Shown: positions 1 to 9,391 of the stretch, one piece after another
Layout of the letters: the number at the start of each line of letters is the position of its first letter
Position numbering within the stretch: position 1 is the first letter of the stretch
Assembly (NCBI GenBank): GCA_964291315.2
Contig: OZ219753.1
Location: 1,408,001-1,472,000 of the forward strand
Reading direction: 5' to 3'
DNA length: 64,000 nt
From: Candidatus Poribacteria bacterium
GTDB lineage: Bacteria > Poribacteria > WGA-4E > WGA-3G
The notes under the pieces: model-generated
Told to the model about the DNA's origin: nothing
Seen by the model: the letters and a program-made list of their open reading frames with translations, nothing else
The model's database searches: none
Made by a program: the position numbers and the translations under genes

Positions 1-924
1 CGCGTTAATCTGTATCGGTTCATAATCTGTCCGGACGCTCTTGAGAATCGCATAGCGCAACGATTCAGGCAAAACCGATAGTGTTAATGGCGTGAGCGTT
101 TTCACAACCCGTTCTGCGATGTTGCAGTCCCGATTCGGTTTCCCAACGTAACGGAGATGAAGTGGATAGATCGCGCCGTTCATCGCCGCTTCAAGCACCA
201 AGATAGGAGTCTCTTTCTGAATGAGACGACTCATCCGCTCGATACAAGCATGCATATGTGAACCCTCCGGTTGCATCACATGCGGACTTTCTGATGTCAT
301 GTGTGGCGAATGATGCGGTGCTATGGAGTTATACGTGCCCAGCCCCACCGCCACTGATTTATGTCCGCCATTAAGAGGAATCTGTATCATATCGACATAA
401 ATCACTAAATCGGATGCAAGCACAGTCTTATCTGTCTCAACAACCTCATCTTTTTCTGTTTTCCCGACGTAAGCGATTTGGTCAGCATCTTCGGCATCAA
501 AATTTCGGAGTTGGTGCGGGTAGAAATCCGCCATGATATTTTTACCGAGCATATAGGCGAGTTCATGTTCCTTCATTTTGCGGTGCAGTGCCACCGCACA
601 CATCAGTAGAATGTTCTTTTTTTCCACACCGTACTCGTACAGCATCTTCAGAAGCGTCTCGATCATAATCTGCCTCAAATCCGGCTTTTTGGTAAGCGGA
701 AAAGGTTGGCAATTATCGTCAAAAAGAATGAGTACCTTTGAGTTACCGCTGACAAGTTCACGCAGCGGGCGCATCTCAAGAGGATTTTCAAAAGCACGCC
801 GCGTGTGCTCGCTCAAAGCAGCGCGCTTAATACCTGGCAGCGGCGGCTTCGCGTAGTAAACCTCTGAATTATCCGGCAGCTTCGCGTTAATGAGATGGTT
901 TCCGAAGTAGGTGAAATATTTCAT
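1..924 (-). CDS. Lactate racemase (LarA/DUF2088)-domain protein, runs off the window start
   Basis: Absent from the ORF track because no stop lies in the window. Manual translation from ATG 924 gives MKYFTYFGNHLINAKLP...FENPLEMRPLRELV...KVLILFDDNCQP...LMCAVALHRKM...NFDAED...PLNGGHKSVAVG, matching LarA N-terminal motifs (D..P, A...HR, HD/FDA, GG.K). Confidence 0.75.
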   Translation of the reverse strand, partial: MKYFTYFGNHLINAKLPDNSEVYYAKPPLPGIKRAALSEHTRRAFENPLEMRPLRELVSGNSKVLILFDDNCQPFPLTKKPDLRQIMIETLLKMLYEYGVEKKNILLMCAVALHRKMKEHELAYMLGKNIMADFYPHQLRNFDAEDADQIAYVGKTEKDEVVETDKTVLASDLVIYVDMIQIPLNGGHKSVAVGLGTYNSIAPHHSPHMTSESPHVMQPEGSHMHACIERMSRLIQKETPILVLEAAMNGAIYPLHLRYVGKPNRDCNIAERVVKTLTPLTLSVLPESLRYAILKSVRTDYEPIQINA

Positions 925-1375
925 GCGAAGGTTTCAAGTGACCTCCGTATACTTCTATTATTTATTCTATTTTAGCACGGTTTATGTTGGTATTGCAAGC
1001 TTTTTTATCAAATGGCTTTTTATTAAATGAACCAGAGATTAAATTGACAAGAAATTTATTAAAAAACTTGAAAAATTAAGGGGGAGGTCTTTTACACGTT
1101 ACGGGGAATTTAATAAATAATTCTGTATTTCCTTCGCCAAAGAGAACCCTTTAGTATCATATGGCTATTATACTTTCTCCATAATGGGTTTTCTCATGCG
1201 TATTGTATCGCTCTTCTGTAAAATAGCCGACTGTTTTCTGGCGTATCAGAAAAAGCAGCCCCTATCAGAAAAACGAGGTCGCCTGCGCGGTCTGCCTCCG
1301 AGCGAGACTATCTATTCTCTACCTACCTGAAATTTAAGCGGATGATAGCCAGAAGGGCATCCCCAATTTTGTGTA

Positions 1376-1474
1376 AAAAAACTTGACATGATTTATAGTT
1401 TAAGGTATAATCTTATATTATAGAAAAACTTGACATGATTTATAGTTTAAGGTATAATCCTATATTATAGAAAA
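1376..1474 (+). promoter_or_regulatory. Tandemly duplicated perfect sigma70 promoter (47-bp direct repeat)
   Basis: TTGACA(1383-1388)-17 bp-TATAAT(1406-1411) and TTGACA(1430-1435)-17 bp-TATAAT(1453-1458). The two units differ at about one base. Confidence 0.85.
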
Positions 1475-2033
1475 TACGAAAGAAAATAATCCAAAGGTGC
1501 AACTGCTTTGCTCTGTTAAGCGCACCTTTCTTACGCCATTAAGACATATGAAAGCTTTAGACACTGACACCAGAATAATGGAGGTAGAGGGTTTTGACAA
1601 ACTGTCCCTTATCGAGTATTCTTCCTGTTGCCTACTCGCTGCTGTTCGTCTGTTTTTCAGGCATCTTACCCCCCCCATTTTACTTTACGTATAGAAAGCA
1701 TAATATTCCATTTAGTCCGCAGCATATTCACGCTCTGTCCAGCTAATCGCTTTGTGCCTGTTTGCCGGCTCCTCCAATAAGACATGATCACTCACGGGGT
1801 AAAGAGCATCGCGTAAATATGTATAATATAGATCAACATAAGTTAAAAAAAGATTTAGAACGTCAAAAAGCATTGGCAACTCCGTTGGATAACACAAAAT
1901 GAGAGAGGCTGCTTCATTATACCCAGGCAAGATTTCGCTTTAGACAAAGAAAACAGTGAGCTATTTATCAAGCTCACACAATTATAGGAGAAAGACAGGT
2001 CTGTTTTTCTTCACTGAAAAGGAGAGTTTAATC

Positions 2034-5000
2034 ATGCAGAGAACTATATTAGCACTATCCATTTTTGCTGCGCTCATATTTGCGCTGGTCCCGTTCGCAG
2101 CTGCAGAATGGCAGATAAACCTGGTAACAAACAATACACATGACAATTTATATGTGATCAGGAGCACATGGAAGGCAGCAGATACCGACAAAGGCATCCC
2201 TGCAGGCTTTTGGACGCGCGGCCGCTACCGGCTTGCTCCTGGGAGGTCCAAAGTGTTCTATTCCTGGGACACTAACAGTATCTATTTCCGTATTTCAAAC
2301 GCTGCGGGTGCGATAAAACCTCAAAGCAGCACGTCCACGTTTTCGTTCTGGGCTCATCCGAAGCGGTCGTTTCGGGTTGTTTCGGGGGCGTTTGATTCGT
2401 CAGTGACGGTGGATCAATTGCTCTACTCGGACCGCTCAAGCAATCAGTTAGTCCAATTGGACGGTTTTCTGCAATATTCGAGTGGTTCTGATGTGTCAGT
2501 CACATCCGAGTGGGTATCTCTGAGTGGAGAGCCGGTGTCTCCTGCAAATGAGGGCACTGAAAGTAACGATCACGCTCCCACGGGCATGGCGTTGATCCCT
2601 GCCGGCACATTTCAGATGGGCAGCACCACCGGCGATGCCGACGAAAGTCCTATTCACGCTGTGTCTTTAGATGCGTTTTATATGGATACGCACGAAGTGA
2701 CAAACGCAGAATACGCAGCGTTTCTCAATGCAAAGGGCAAACATGCATGGCCGAGTGGGTATCTCTCCTATTCTACTAGTATCCTGTGGGTGGATATTGG
2801 GGATACCGAGTCGCGCTTTGAGAAGGTAGACGGAACCTATCGCGTGAAGGCAGGGTATGCGAATCACCCTGTCGTTGACGTTAGTTGGTATGGTGCGATG
2901 GCGTATGCTGCGTGGGCAGGCAAGCGGCTACCTACCGAGGCCGAGTGGGAATACGCCGCACGCGGCGGCAAGTCGGGTAAGAAATATCCCTGGGGTAACA
3001 GGATTGATAGCACGCGGGCGAACTACTCCTATAATGTTAGAAGCACAACAGAGGTAGGAAGCTATGCCGCGAACGGTTATGGTCTGTACGATATGGCGGG
3101 GAATGTCCGGGAGTGGTGCTTAGACAAGTATGATAACAACTTCTATGCGAATTCTCCTGCCCGGAATCCGTTGTCGAGTACAAGCAGTATTACAAGCCTA
3201 TTGAATAACTATTCAGAGGTTAAGTCTGACCGCGTCGTGCGCAGCGGCTCTTGGGGCGATTCTGCACAGAGTGCACGGGTCGCTAACCGCGCTCGGATTG
3301 ATCCTGAGTACACGTTCTACTACAACGGGTTTCGTTGTGTAAAGCCTGTGCCCGCTGACGGGGTTGGAGAAGCGGACAGCGGAAATGACGAGGACGCTGT
3401 TCCGGAATGGGTAGCGAGCGTGATAACAAATGCCACGGAAGCAGACTTGTATGTGGTCTCCTCCACGTGGAAGTTGGAGAACCCGAAGAAGAGTTATCCG
3501 GAGGGATTTCGGACGCGCGGGACGTATCGCATTCGTCCAGGGAAGGGACGCGTGTTTCATGCCTGGGCGAACAACGAGATCTATTTCCGGATTGCCAACG
3601 CTGCAGGTGCGTTAAAACCGGAGGTCAGTTCGGAGACGTTTGGGTTCTGGTTGCATCCGCGTCGTTCGTTTCGGCTGGTCTCGGATCAGGTTTCTGCGAC
3701 AGTAGAACAGTCGGGTCTGAGTTACTCGGATCGTTCGACGGCGAATTTAGTGCAGTCGGATGGTTTTATGGTGTATGAGAGCGGTTCTGACGTGACGGTG
3801 ACTGCTGATTGGGTGGCAGTATCTGCTGTAGATGAGCGGCAGGAAGATGATGAGAACGAAAATAACGGGGGCACTCCAACGCAGCCAACACCGCCAGCGC
3901 AGCCAACACTGCCAAAACCTTCTATGGTGTTGATCCCTGCCGGCACCTTCCAGATGGGCAGCACCACTGGCGATGCGGATGAAAGCCCGGTTCACGCTGT
4001 GTCTTTAGATGCGTTTTATATGGATACCCACGAAGTGACAAACGCAGAATATGCGGCATTCCTCAATGCGAAGGGCAAACACGCCGAGGCTGGCAAGAAT
4101 TGGGTGAATCTCGCAGATACTCTCATAGGCATTGCGTTAGTAGACGGCGCGTATCGTGCGAAATCGGGGTATGCGAATCTTCCCGTCGTTAAGGTCTCTT
4201 GGTATGGTGCGATGGCATATGCAAGATGGGCAGGCAAACGCCTACCCACCGAGGCGGAGTGGGAATACGCTGCGCGCGGCGGGCTAGCAGGCAAGCAATA
4301 TCCGTGGGGCGATACCATAGACGCAACCCAGGCGAACTATGGTGGGAACGCCGGCGGTATGACAGCAGTCGGCAGTTATGCAGCGAATGGGTATGGTCTG
4401 TATGACATGACTGGGAATGTATTTGAGTGGTGTCTGGATGACTATAACGAGGGTTTCTATGCGATTTCGCCTGTGCATGATCCGTTGACAGGTGCTGACA
4501 GGGAGACGATAGATGCCTATATGGAGATCAGTTCTGCTCGTGTGTTGCGGGGTGGCTCGTATCTGTATTCAGCACAGGTTGCCCGTGTATCGAATCGTGA
4601 CTATAGTTTCCCTGCGAGTATGGGCAACGACCTCGGTTTTCGGTGTGTGCGTTCTGTGTCTACGCCCTCTGCAAATGCTGAGATACCGGCACCCCCAACG
4701 CTCCCAACGCCACCAACACCACCAACACCACCAACGCCACCAAAAACCTCTGTTGTTCCTGCGGGCATGGCGTTGATCCCTGCGGGTACATTTCAGATGG
4801 GCAGCACCACAGGTGAGGAGAAGGAACGTCCTGTTCACGCTGTCACTCTAGATGCGTTTTATATGGATACGCATGAAGTGACGAACGCAGAATACGCGGC
4901 ATTTCTCAATGCTATGGGCAAAAAACGTGTCAAACGACGTGGATGGCTTCTCTCCATGAAATTGGGGGATGGCACACCAACGAACTGGGGGGATGGCGGA

Positions 5001-5549
5001 GCACGCATTGAGCTCGTAGACGGTGCATATCGTGTGAAGGCAGGGTATGCCAATCACCCCGCAGTTTACGTAACTTGGAATGGTGCGATGGCGTATGCTG
5101 TGTGGGCAGGCAAACGGCTACCCACCGAGGCCGAGTGGGAGTATGCCGCACGCGGCGGCAAGTCGGGCCTGAACTATCCCTGGGGAGATACGATTGACAG
5201 CACGCAGGCGAACTACAATAATAATGTTGGTGATACAACAGAAGTAGGGAGTTATGCGGCGAACGGGTATGGTCTCTATGATATGGCAGGGAATGTCGGG
5301 GAGTGGTGCTTAGATAAGTTTGATTACAATTTCTATGCTATTTCGCCTGCCCGGAATCCGCTGGCGGGTACCCGCACTATTGATTGGCTATTAGATAACT
5401 GGCCAGAAGCTGAGGACTACCGTGTCTTACGTGGTGGCAACTATCGCGTTACACCCCGGGATATCCGGGTCTCCAAGCGTCACTCCGGGTCTATGTTTTT
5501 TGGAGCAGGCGGCTACGGCTTCCGTTGTGTGCGGTCTGTAACAGAGTAA
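2034..5549 (+). CDS. Secreted modular protein: signal peptide, unknown domain A, FGE/CLec, unknown domain B, FGE/CLec, FGE/CLec
   Basis: ORF 1956..5549; ATG 2034 follows AAGGAG and opens a signal peptide (MQRTILALSIFAALIFALVPFAAA). Three SUMF1/FGE-sulfatase domains (LIPAGTFQMG, RLPTEAEWEYAARGG, NGYGLYDM.GNV.EWC, GFRCV), with Pro/Thr linkers. Confidence 0.9.
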   Translation: MQRTILALSIFAALIFALVPFAAAEWQINLVTNNTHDNLYVIRSTWKAADTDKGIPAGFWTRGRYRLAPGRSKVFYSWDTNSIYFRISNAAGAIKPQSSTSTFSFWAHPKRSFRVVSGAFDSSVTVDQLLYSDRSSNQLVQLDGFLQYSSGSDVSVTSEWVSLSGEPVSPANEGTESNDHAPTGMALIPAGTFQMGSTTGDADESPIHAVSLDAFYMDTHEVTNAEYAAFLNAKGKHAWPSGYLSYSTSILWVDIGDTESRFEKVDGTYRVKAGYANHPVVDVSWYGAMAYAAWAGKRLPTEAEWEYAARGGKSGKKYPWGNRIDSTRANYSYNVRSTTEVGSYAANGYGLYDMAGNVREWCLDKYDNNFYANSPARNPLSSTSSITSLLNNYSEVKSDRVVRSGSWGDSAQSARVANRARIDPEYTFYYNGFRCVKPVPADGVGEADSGNDEDAVPEWVASVITNATEADLYVVSSTWKLENPKKSYPEGFRTRGTYRIRPGKGRVFHAWANNEIYFRIANAAGALKPEVSSETFGFWLHPRRSFRLVSDQVSATVEQSGLSYSDRSTANLVQSDGFMVYESGSDVTVTADWVAVSAVDERQEDDENENNGGTPTQPTPPAQPTLPKPSMVLIPAGTFQMGSTTGDADESPVHAVSLDAFYMDTHEVTNAEYAAFLNAKGKHAEAGKNWVNLADTLIGIALVDGAYRAKSGYANLPVVKVSWYGAMAYARWAGKRLPTEAEWEYAARGGLAGKQYPWGDTIDATQANYGGNAGGMTAVGSYAANGYGLYDMTGNVFEWCLDDYNEGFYAISPVHDPLTGADRETIDAYMEISSARVLRGGSYLYSAQVARVSNRDYSFPASMGNDLGFRCVRSVSTPSANAEIPAPPTLPTPPTPPTPPTPPKTSVVPAGMALIPAGTFQMGSTTGEEKERPVHAVTLDAFYMDTHEVTNAEYAAFLNAMGKKRVKRRGWLLSMKLGDGTPTNWGDGGARIELVDGAYRVKAGYANHPAVYVTWNGAMAYAVWAGKRLPTEAEWEYAARGGKSGLNYPWGDTIDSTQANYNNNVGDTTEVGSYAANGYGLYDMAGNVGEWCLDKFDYNFYAISPARNPLAGTRTIDWLLDNWPEAEDYRVLRGGNYRVTPRDIRVSKRHSGSMFFGAGGYGFRCVRSVTE
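4694..4742 (+). repeat. 9-bp tandem repeat (CCAACRCCA) encoding a PTP linker
   Basis: ccaacgcca ccaacacca ccaacacca ccaacgcca encodes PTPPTPPTPPTPP between FGE domains 2 and 3. Confidence 0.8.
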
Positions 5550-5699
5550 GGCACAACCGTATCTTGAGATCCTTCATATCCACCGTAAGTGAAGGTGGGC
5601 TTGCGATGTATCACATAACCCGAAGATGGCTGTCTGGTTGAGAAACCAGGCCCGGGTATCTATGGTCGCGAGTATTGGAGGGATCGTAACAAAACTGAG

Positions 5700-5750
5700 G
5701 AACCCGTCTCAATCTGGTTTATACTTCTACTGGTTTGAGGCGGGTTCTTT
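5700..5750 (+). terminator. Imperfect hairpin after the first FGE gene, possible terminator
   Basis: gaacccgtctcaa (5700-5712) pairs with ttgaggcgggttc (5735-5747), followed by TTT. Confidence 0.45.
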
Positions 5751-5845
5751 CCGTTGGGCACGTCCAATGTTAATAATGAAATAGGTAAAACTTAAGAATA
5801 AAAAAACAAACATACGTTTGGCCTTCTGCTCTTTTCGTTTTACAC

Positions 5846-5874
5846 TTGACAGACCGGATGTTTTATAATACACT
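5846..5874 (+). promoter_or_regulatory. Putative sigma70 promoter of the second FGE gene
   Basis: TTGACA(5846-5851)-17 bp-TACACT(5869-5874). Confidence 0.45.
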
Positions 5875-6057
5875 ATTAAGAAAGTAATGAGGGAAGGGAG
5901 TAATCTATACAAGTTTTAGACACTTATACTTCTGTTGAGATGTGAGAGGATTTAGCGAAAATTACCCTCCGCGGTGTCTTGCGTATCGGTGCTAACTTCA
6001 TAAACAATAAGCAATAAATATACATCTGTGTATTTTCACAGAGAAAAGAGGCATAAA

Positions 6058-7941
6058 ATGAAAAGAACTGTGTTAGCTCTGTCCACACTTGCGGCATTCC
6101 TGTTTGCGCTGGTCCCGTTCGCAGCCGCAGAATGGCAGATGAACCTCGTAACAAACAACACACATGACAATTTATATGTGATCAGTGCCACGTGGAAGGC
6201 AGCGGATACCAACAAAGACATCCCCGCAGGGTTCTGGACCCGCGGCTCCTACCGGCTTGCTCCCGGGAAGTCCAGAGCGTTTTATTCCTGGTCTACTAAC
6301 AGCATCTATTTCCGTATTTCAAACGCACAGAGCGCCCTAAAACCACAGGGCAGCTCGGAGACGTTCCCCTTCTGGGTGCATCCCGACCGGTCGTTCCGCG
6401 TCGTCTCGGAGGGCTTTGAATCGTCTGTGACGGCGGATCAACTGCTCTACTCGGATCGCTCAAGCGATCAGTTAGTCCACTCGGACGGGTTTATGGGATA
6501 TACGGGCGGTTCCGAAGTGATAGTGACTACAGAGTGGGTATCGCTGAGTGGGGTGCCGACAGCTCCAGCCAATGATGTGCTAGGCGATGGAGATAGTGGA
6601 AACGCCGGTGAGACTGACGCTGTTCCGGAATGGGTAGCGAGCGTGATAACAAATGCCACGGAAGCCAACCTATATGTAGTCTACGCGACGTGGAAGCTGG
6701 AGAACCTGAAAAAGGGGTGGCCTGAAGGGTTTCGGACGCGCGGCACGTATCGCATTCGTCCTGGGAAGGGGCGCGTGTTTCATGCGTGGTCAGATAATGA
6801 GATCTATTTCCGGATTGCCAACGCTGCGGGTGCGTTAAAACCGGAGGTCAGTTCGGAGACGTTTGGGTTCTGGTTGCATCCGCGTCGTTCGTTTCGGCTG
6901 GTCTCGGATCAGGTCGCTGCGACAGTAGAGCAGTCGGGTCTGAGTTACTCGGATCGTTCGGTGTCGAAATTGGAGCGTTCGGATGGTTTTATGGTATATG
7001 AGAGTGGTTCTGACGTGACGGTGACTTCTGATTGGGTGCCGTTAGCTCCTATAGATGACAGGAATGAGGGTAACGGGAATGGCGATGTCGCTCCACTGCC
7101 GCCTGAAACGCCAGTGCCTCCGGTAAACCCGTCAGCTCCCGCCGGCATGGTGTTGATCCCTGCGGGCACCTTCCAGATGGGCAGCAACACCGGCGATGCG
7201 GACGAAAGCCCTATTCACACTGTCTCTTTAGATGCGTTTTATATGGATACACATGAAGTGACAAACGCAGAATACGCAGCATTTCTCAACGCAATGGGCA
7301 AACATGAAAATATCTGGTGGCGCTGGGTGCGTATCGGTACAGCTTCTACAAATATTATCTTAGTAGACGGTGTGTATCGCCCACGGGCAGGCTATGAGAA
7401 TCATCCTGTCATTTATATAAGATGGCGGGGTGCGATGGCATATGCTAGGTGGGCAGGAAAGCGACTGCCAACCGAAGCAGAGTGGGAGTATGCTGCACGC
7501 GGCGGGTTAGCCGGCAAGCGATATCCGTGGGGAGACACCATAGATAAAACCAAGGCGAACTATAATAAACCCGGCCTCGGCCGTTCGATGCCAGTCGGTA
7601 GTTATCCGCCGAACGGGTACGGTCTCTATGATATGATCGGGAATGCAGCGGAGTGGTGTCTCGATACGTATGATGCTGACTACTACGCAAAATCTCCGAC
7701 CCACAATCCGGTGTCGTTGTCGATTGCAACCAGCATCCAAGACCTGTTAGATAACTATAAGGCGGATCTAGGTACTTACTCGTCCTTGAATAAGTATGAA
7801 CAGCCCCAAGACCGCGTTGTTCGCGGCGGCGACTGGTACGATTCAGAAACATACTTGTCAGTCACCGGTCGCTATGGATATACGACTTGGGGTGGTTCGA
7901 ATGTCTTCGGTTTTCGGTGTGTGAAGCCTGTAACCCCTTGA
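6058..7941 (+). CDS. Secreted modular protein, paralog of 2034..5549: signal peptide, domain A, domain B, FGE/CLec
   Basis: ATG 6058 follows AGAGG. Signal peptide and domains A and B are highly similar to those of the upstream gene; one C-terminal FGE-sulfatase domain. Confidence 0.9.
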   Translation: MKRTVLALSTLAAFLFALVPFAAAEWQMNLVTNNTHDNLYVISATWKAADTNKDIPAGFWTRGSYRLAPGKSRAFYSWSTNSIYFRISNAQSALKPQGSSETFPFWVHPDRSFRVVSEGFESSVTADQLLYSDRSSDQLVHSDGFMGYTGGSEVIVTTEWVSLSGVPTAPANDVLGDGDSGNAGETDAVPEWVASVITNATEANLYVVYATWKLENLKKGWPEGFRTRGTYRIRPGKGRVFHAWSDNEIYFRIANAAGALKPEVSSETFGFWLHPRRSFRLVSDQVAATVEQSGLSYSDRSVSKLERSDGFMVYESGSDVTVTSDWVPLAPIDDRNEGNGNGDVAPLPPETPVPPVNPSAPAGMVLIPAGTFQMGSNTGDADESPIHTVSLDAFYMDTHEVTNAEYAAFLNAMGKHENIWWRWVRIGTASTNIILVDGVYRPRAGYENHPVIYIRWRGAMAYARWAGKRLPTEAEWEYAARGGLAGKRYPWGDTIDKTKANYNKPGLGRSMPVGSYPPNGYGLYDMIGNAAEWCLDTYDADYYAKSPTHNPVSLSIATSIQDLLDNYKADLGTYSSLNKYEQPQDRVVRGGDWYDSETYLSVTGRYGYTTWGGSNVFGFRCVKPVTP

Positions 7942-7999
7942 AACCTTATGGCTTGTGCTTTTTATCCGCGGATGAATTGCTGAAAGGTACCGAAGATAC

Positions 8000-8052
8000 A
8001 AAAAAGGGCGTGATAGCGGGTAGGCTTTTGCTGACAGCTATCACGCCCCTTC
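8000..8052. terminator. Hairpin between convergent genes (intrinsic terminator, best on the minus strand)
   Basis: gggcgtgatagc (8006-8017) pairs with gctatcacgccc (8037-8048). The A-run at 8000-8005 gives a U-tail on the minus strand. Confidence 0.65.
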
Positions 8053-8158
8053 TCACCTTGTCCTAAGCTATCATCCTATCTTAAACCGAGCGGGATCCCC
8101 GCGAAAATCAAGGATATCGGTAGCAAAGCGATTTTCCCTGTTTTTCCGGTTTCTTGCA

Positions 8159-9382
8159 TCAATTCCGTAAATCAAATACAGTTTTCACCGTGCCAGTTTT
8201 CCCAGTGTTCAAGGCAGTCTGAATGGCACGTTTGTAACCTTGTAGTGGAAACAGAGCACTCACCAGCGGCCGCAAACGAGATTCCAGCTTCTGAAGGAGT
8301 CGCATCCCGAGTGTGAAAGTGCTCACCCGTTCACCGTTATAGGTTTCGATCCCGTAGGTATATGCCCCCGTCACACGCAACTGCTTATACCAGATAGAGG
8401 TCCAATCAACGTTTTTTGGTATTCCCGGCATGCCGACTAAGATGACTTCCCCGCCTGCGCGTGTAAAGCGAAGCGCGTCATCTATGGTGATGCTGGAACC
8501 GATGCAATCAAAAGTAGCATCTACGCCGCCGGTTAAAACCTGCTGGCCGAGCTCAGGTTGATGCGATTCCGCACCGATATGTTCACAGAAAGCTCGATAT
8601 CGATCCCTATTTGGAGATAGCACCTCGTCTGCACCAAGCTCACGGGCCAGCTGCTGTTGATGCAGATATTTGGCGAAGCTGATGATACGGTTCTGGTGAC
8701 CGAGTATCCGCAGGGCGGCAAGCGTAAGAAGCCCCATCGTACCACCACCGATGATGCAAACGGTTGCTGTTCTGCTCGGACGCATTTTCAAAACGCCATG
8801 TAACGCGCACGCAAAGGGTTCAAGGAGCACAGCTGTTTCGTCTGACATAGCATCTGGAACAAAATGAAGTTGGGATTGATGTGAGAGGACATAGCGACTC
8901 CAGCCACCCCCAGTATCCCGACAGTAACCCGTCTGGACACCCGCTGAAATATCGCCCTTTGTGATGTTTTCGCAATTGGCGAAACGTAGATTTTGACATT
9001 GGTGGCACGCTGGCCAAATCCCCCTTACCTGACATGGTAAGGCCGGTTCTATGACAACACGTGCACCAACACTGAAACCCTCCACCGCACTACCTGTCTC
9101 TGCGATGTCTCCCACAATTTCGTGCCCTAACACAAAAGGTGTCGACGTGAACGGAGAGAAATAGGGACTCCCTTTCGCTGTGATTGTCGCCAAATCGGAA
9201 CCACATATACCGCTGAGACGAGTCCGGACTTTAACCCATTCAGCGGTCGGCAGTTGCGGCTCTGGAATCTCAACCAGGCGTGTGCAAGACAAAGACGACG
9301 TATAGAGGTTTGGCCATCGTTTCCCAAGGTACCGCATCGCGAGATAGCGCGGGATGTTTTTGGTATATTGGACCGCTTTCAC
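8159..9382 (-). CDS. Zn-dependent alcohol dehydrogenase (MDR family)
   Basis: GICGSD, LGHEIVG, structural Zn cysteines (C..C..C...C), EPFAC, GGGTMG Rossmann motif. Confidence 0.9.
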   Translation of the reverse strand: MKAVQYTKNIPRYLAMRYLGKRWPNLYTSSLSCTRLVEIPEPQLPTAEWVKVRTRLSGICGSDLATITAKGSPYFSPFTSTPFVLGHEIVGDIAETGSAVEGFSVGARVVIEPALPCQVRGIWPACHQCQNLRFANCENITKGDISAGVQTGYCRDTGGGWSRYVLSHQSQLHFVPDAMSDETAVLLEPFACALHGVLKMRPSRTATVCIIGGGTMGLLTLAALRILGHQNRIISFAKYLHQQQLARELGADEVLSPNRDRYRAFCEHIGAESHQPELGQQVLTGGVDATFDCIGSSITIDDALRFTRAGGEVILVGMPGIPKNVDWTSIWYKQLRVTGAYTYGIETYNGERVSTFTLGMRLLQKLESRLRPLVSALFPLQGYKRAIQTALNTGKTGTVKTVFDLRN

Positions 9383-9391
9383 TGTGCTGTA

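Noticed and set aside
1376-1474. CRISPR repeat/leader or IS end
   Set aside because: Only two adjacent units, no spacer and no transposase; fully explained as a duplicated promoter.
2034-7941. True formylglycine-generating enzymes maturing the sulfatase at 50-51 kb
   Set aside because: The catalytic Cys pair after RGGS is absent in all four domains, and the proteins are secreted and multi-modular.
925-8158. Complete DGR cassette next to the FGE genes
   Set aside because: No reverse transcriptase ORF in the window and no AAC-rich non-coding template repeat in the flanking intergenic regions.
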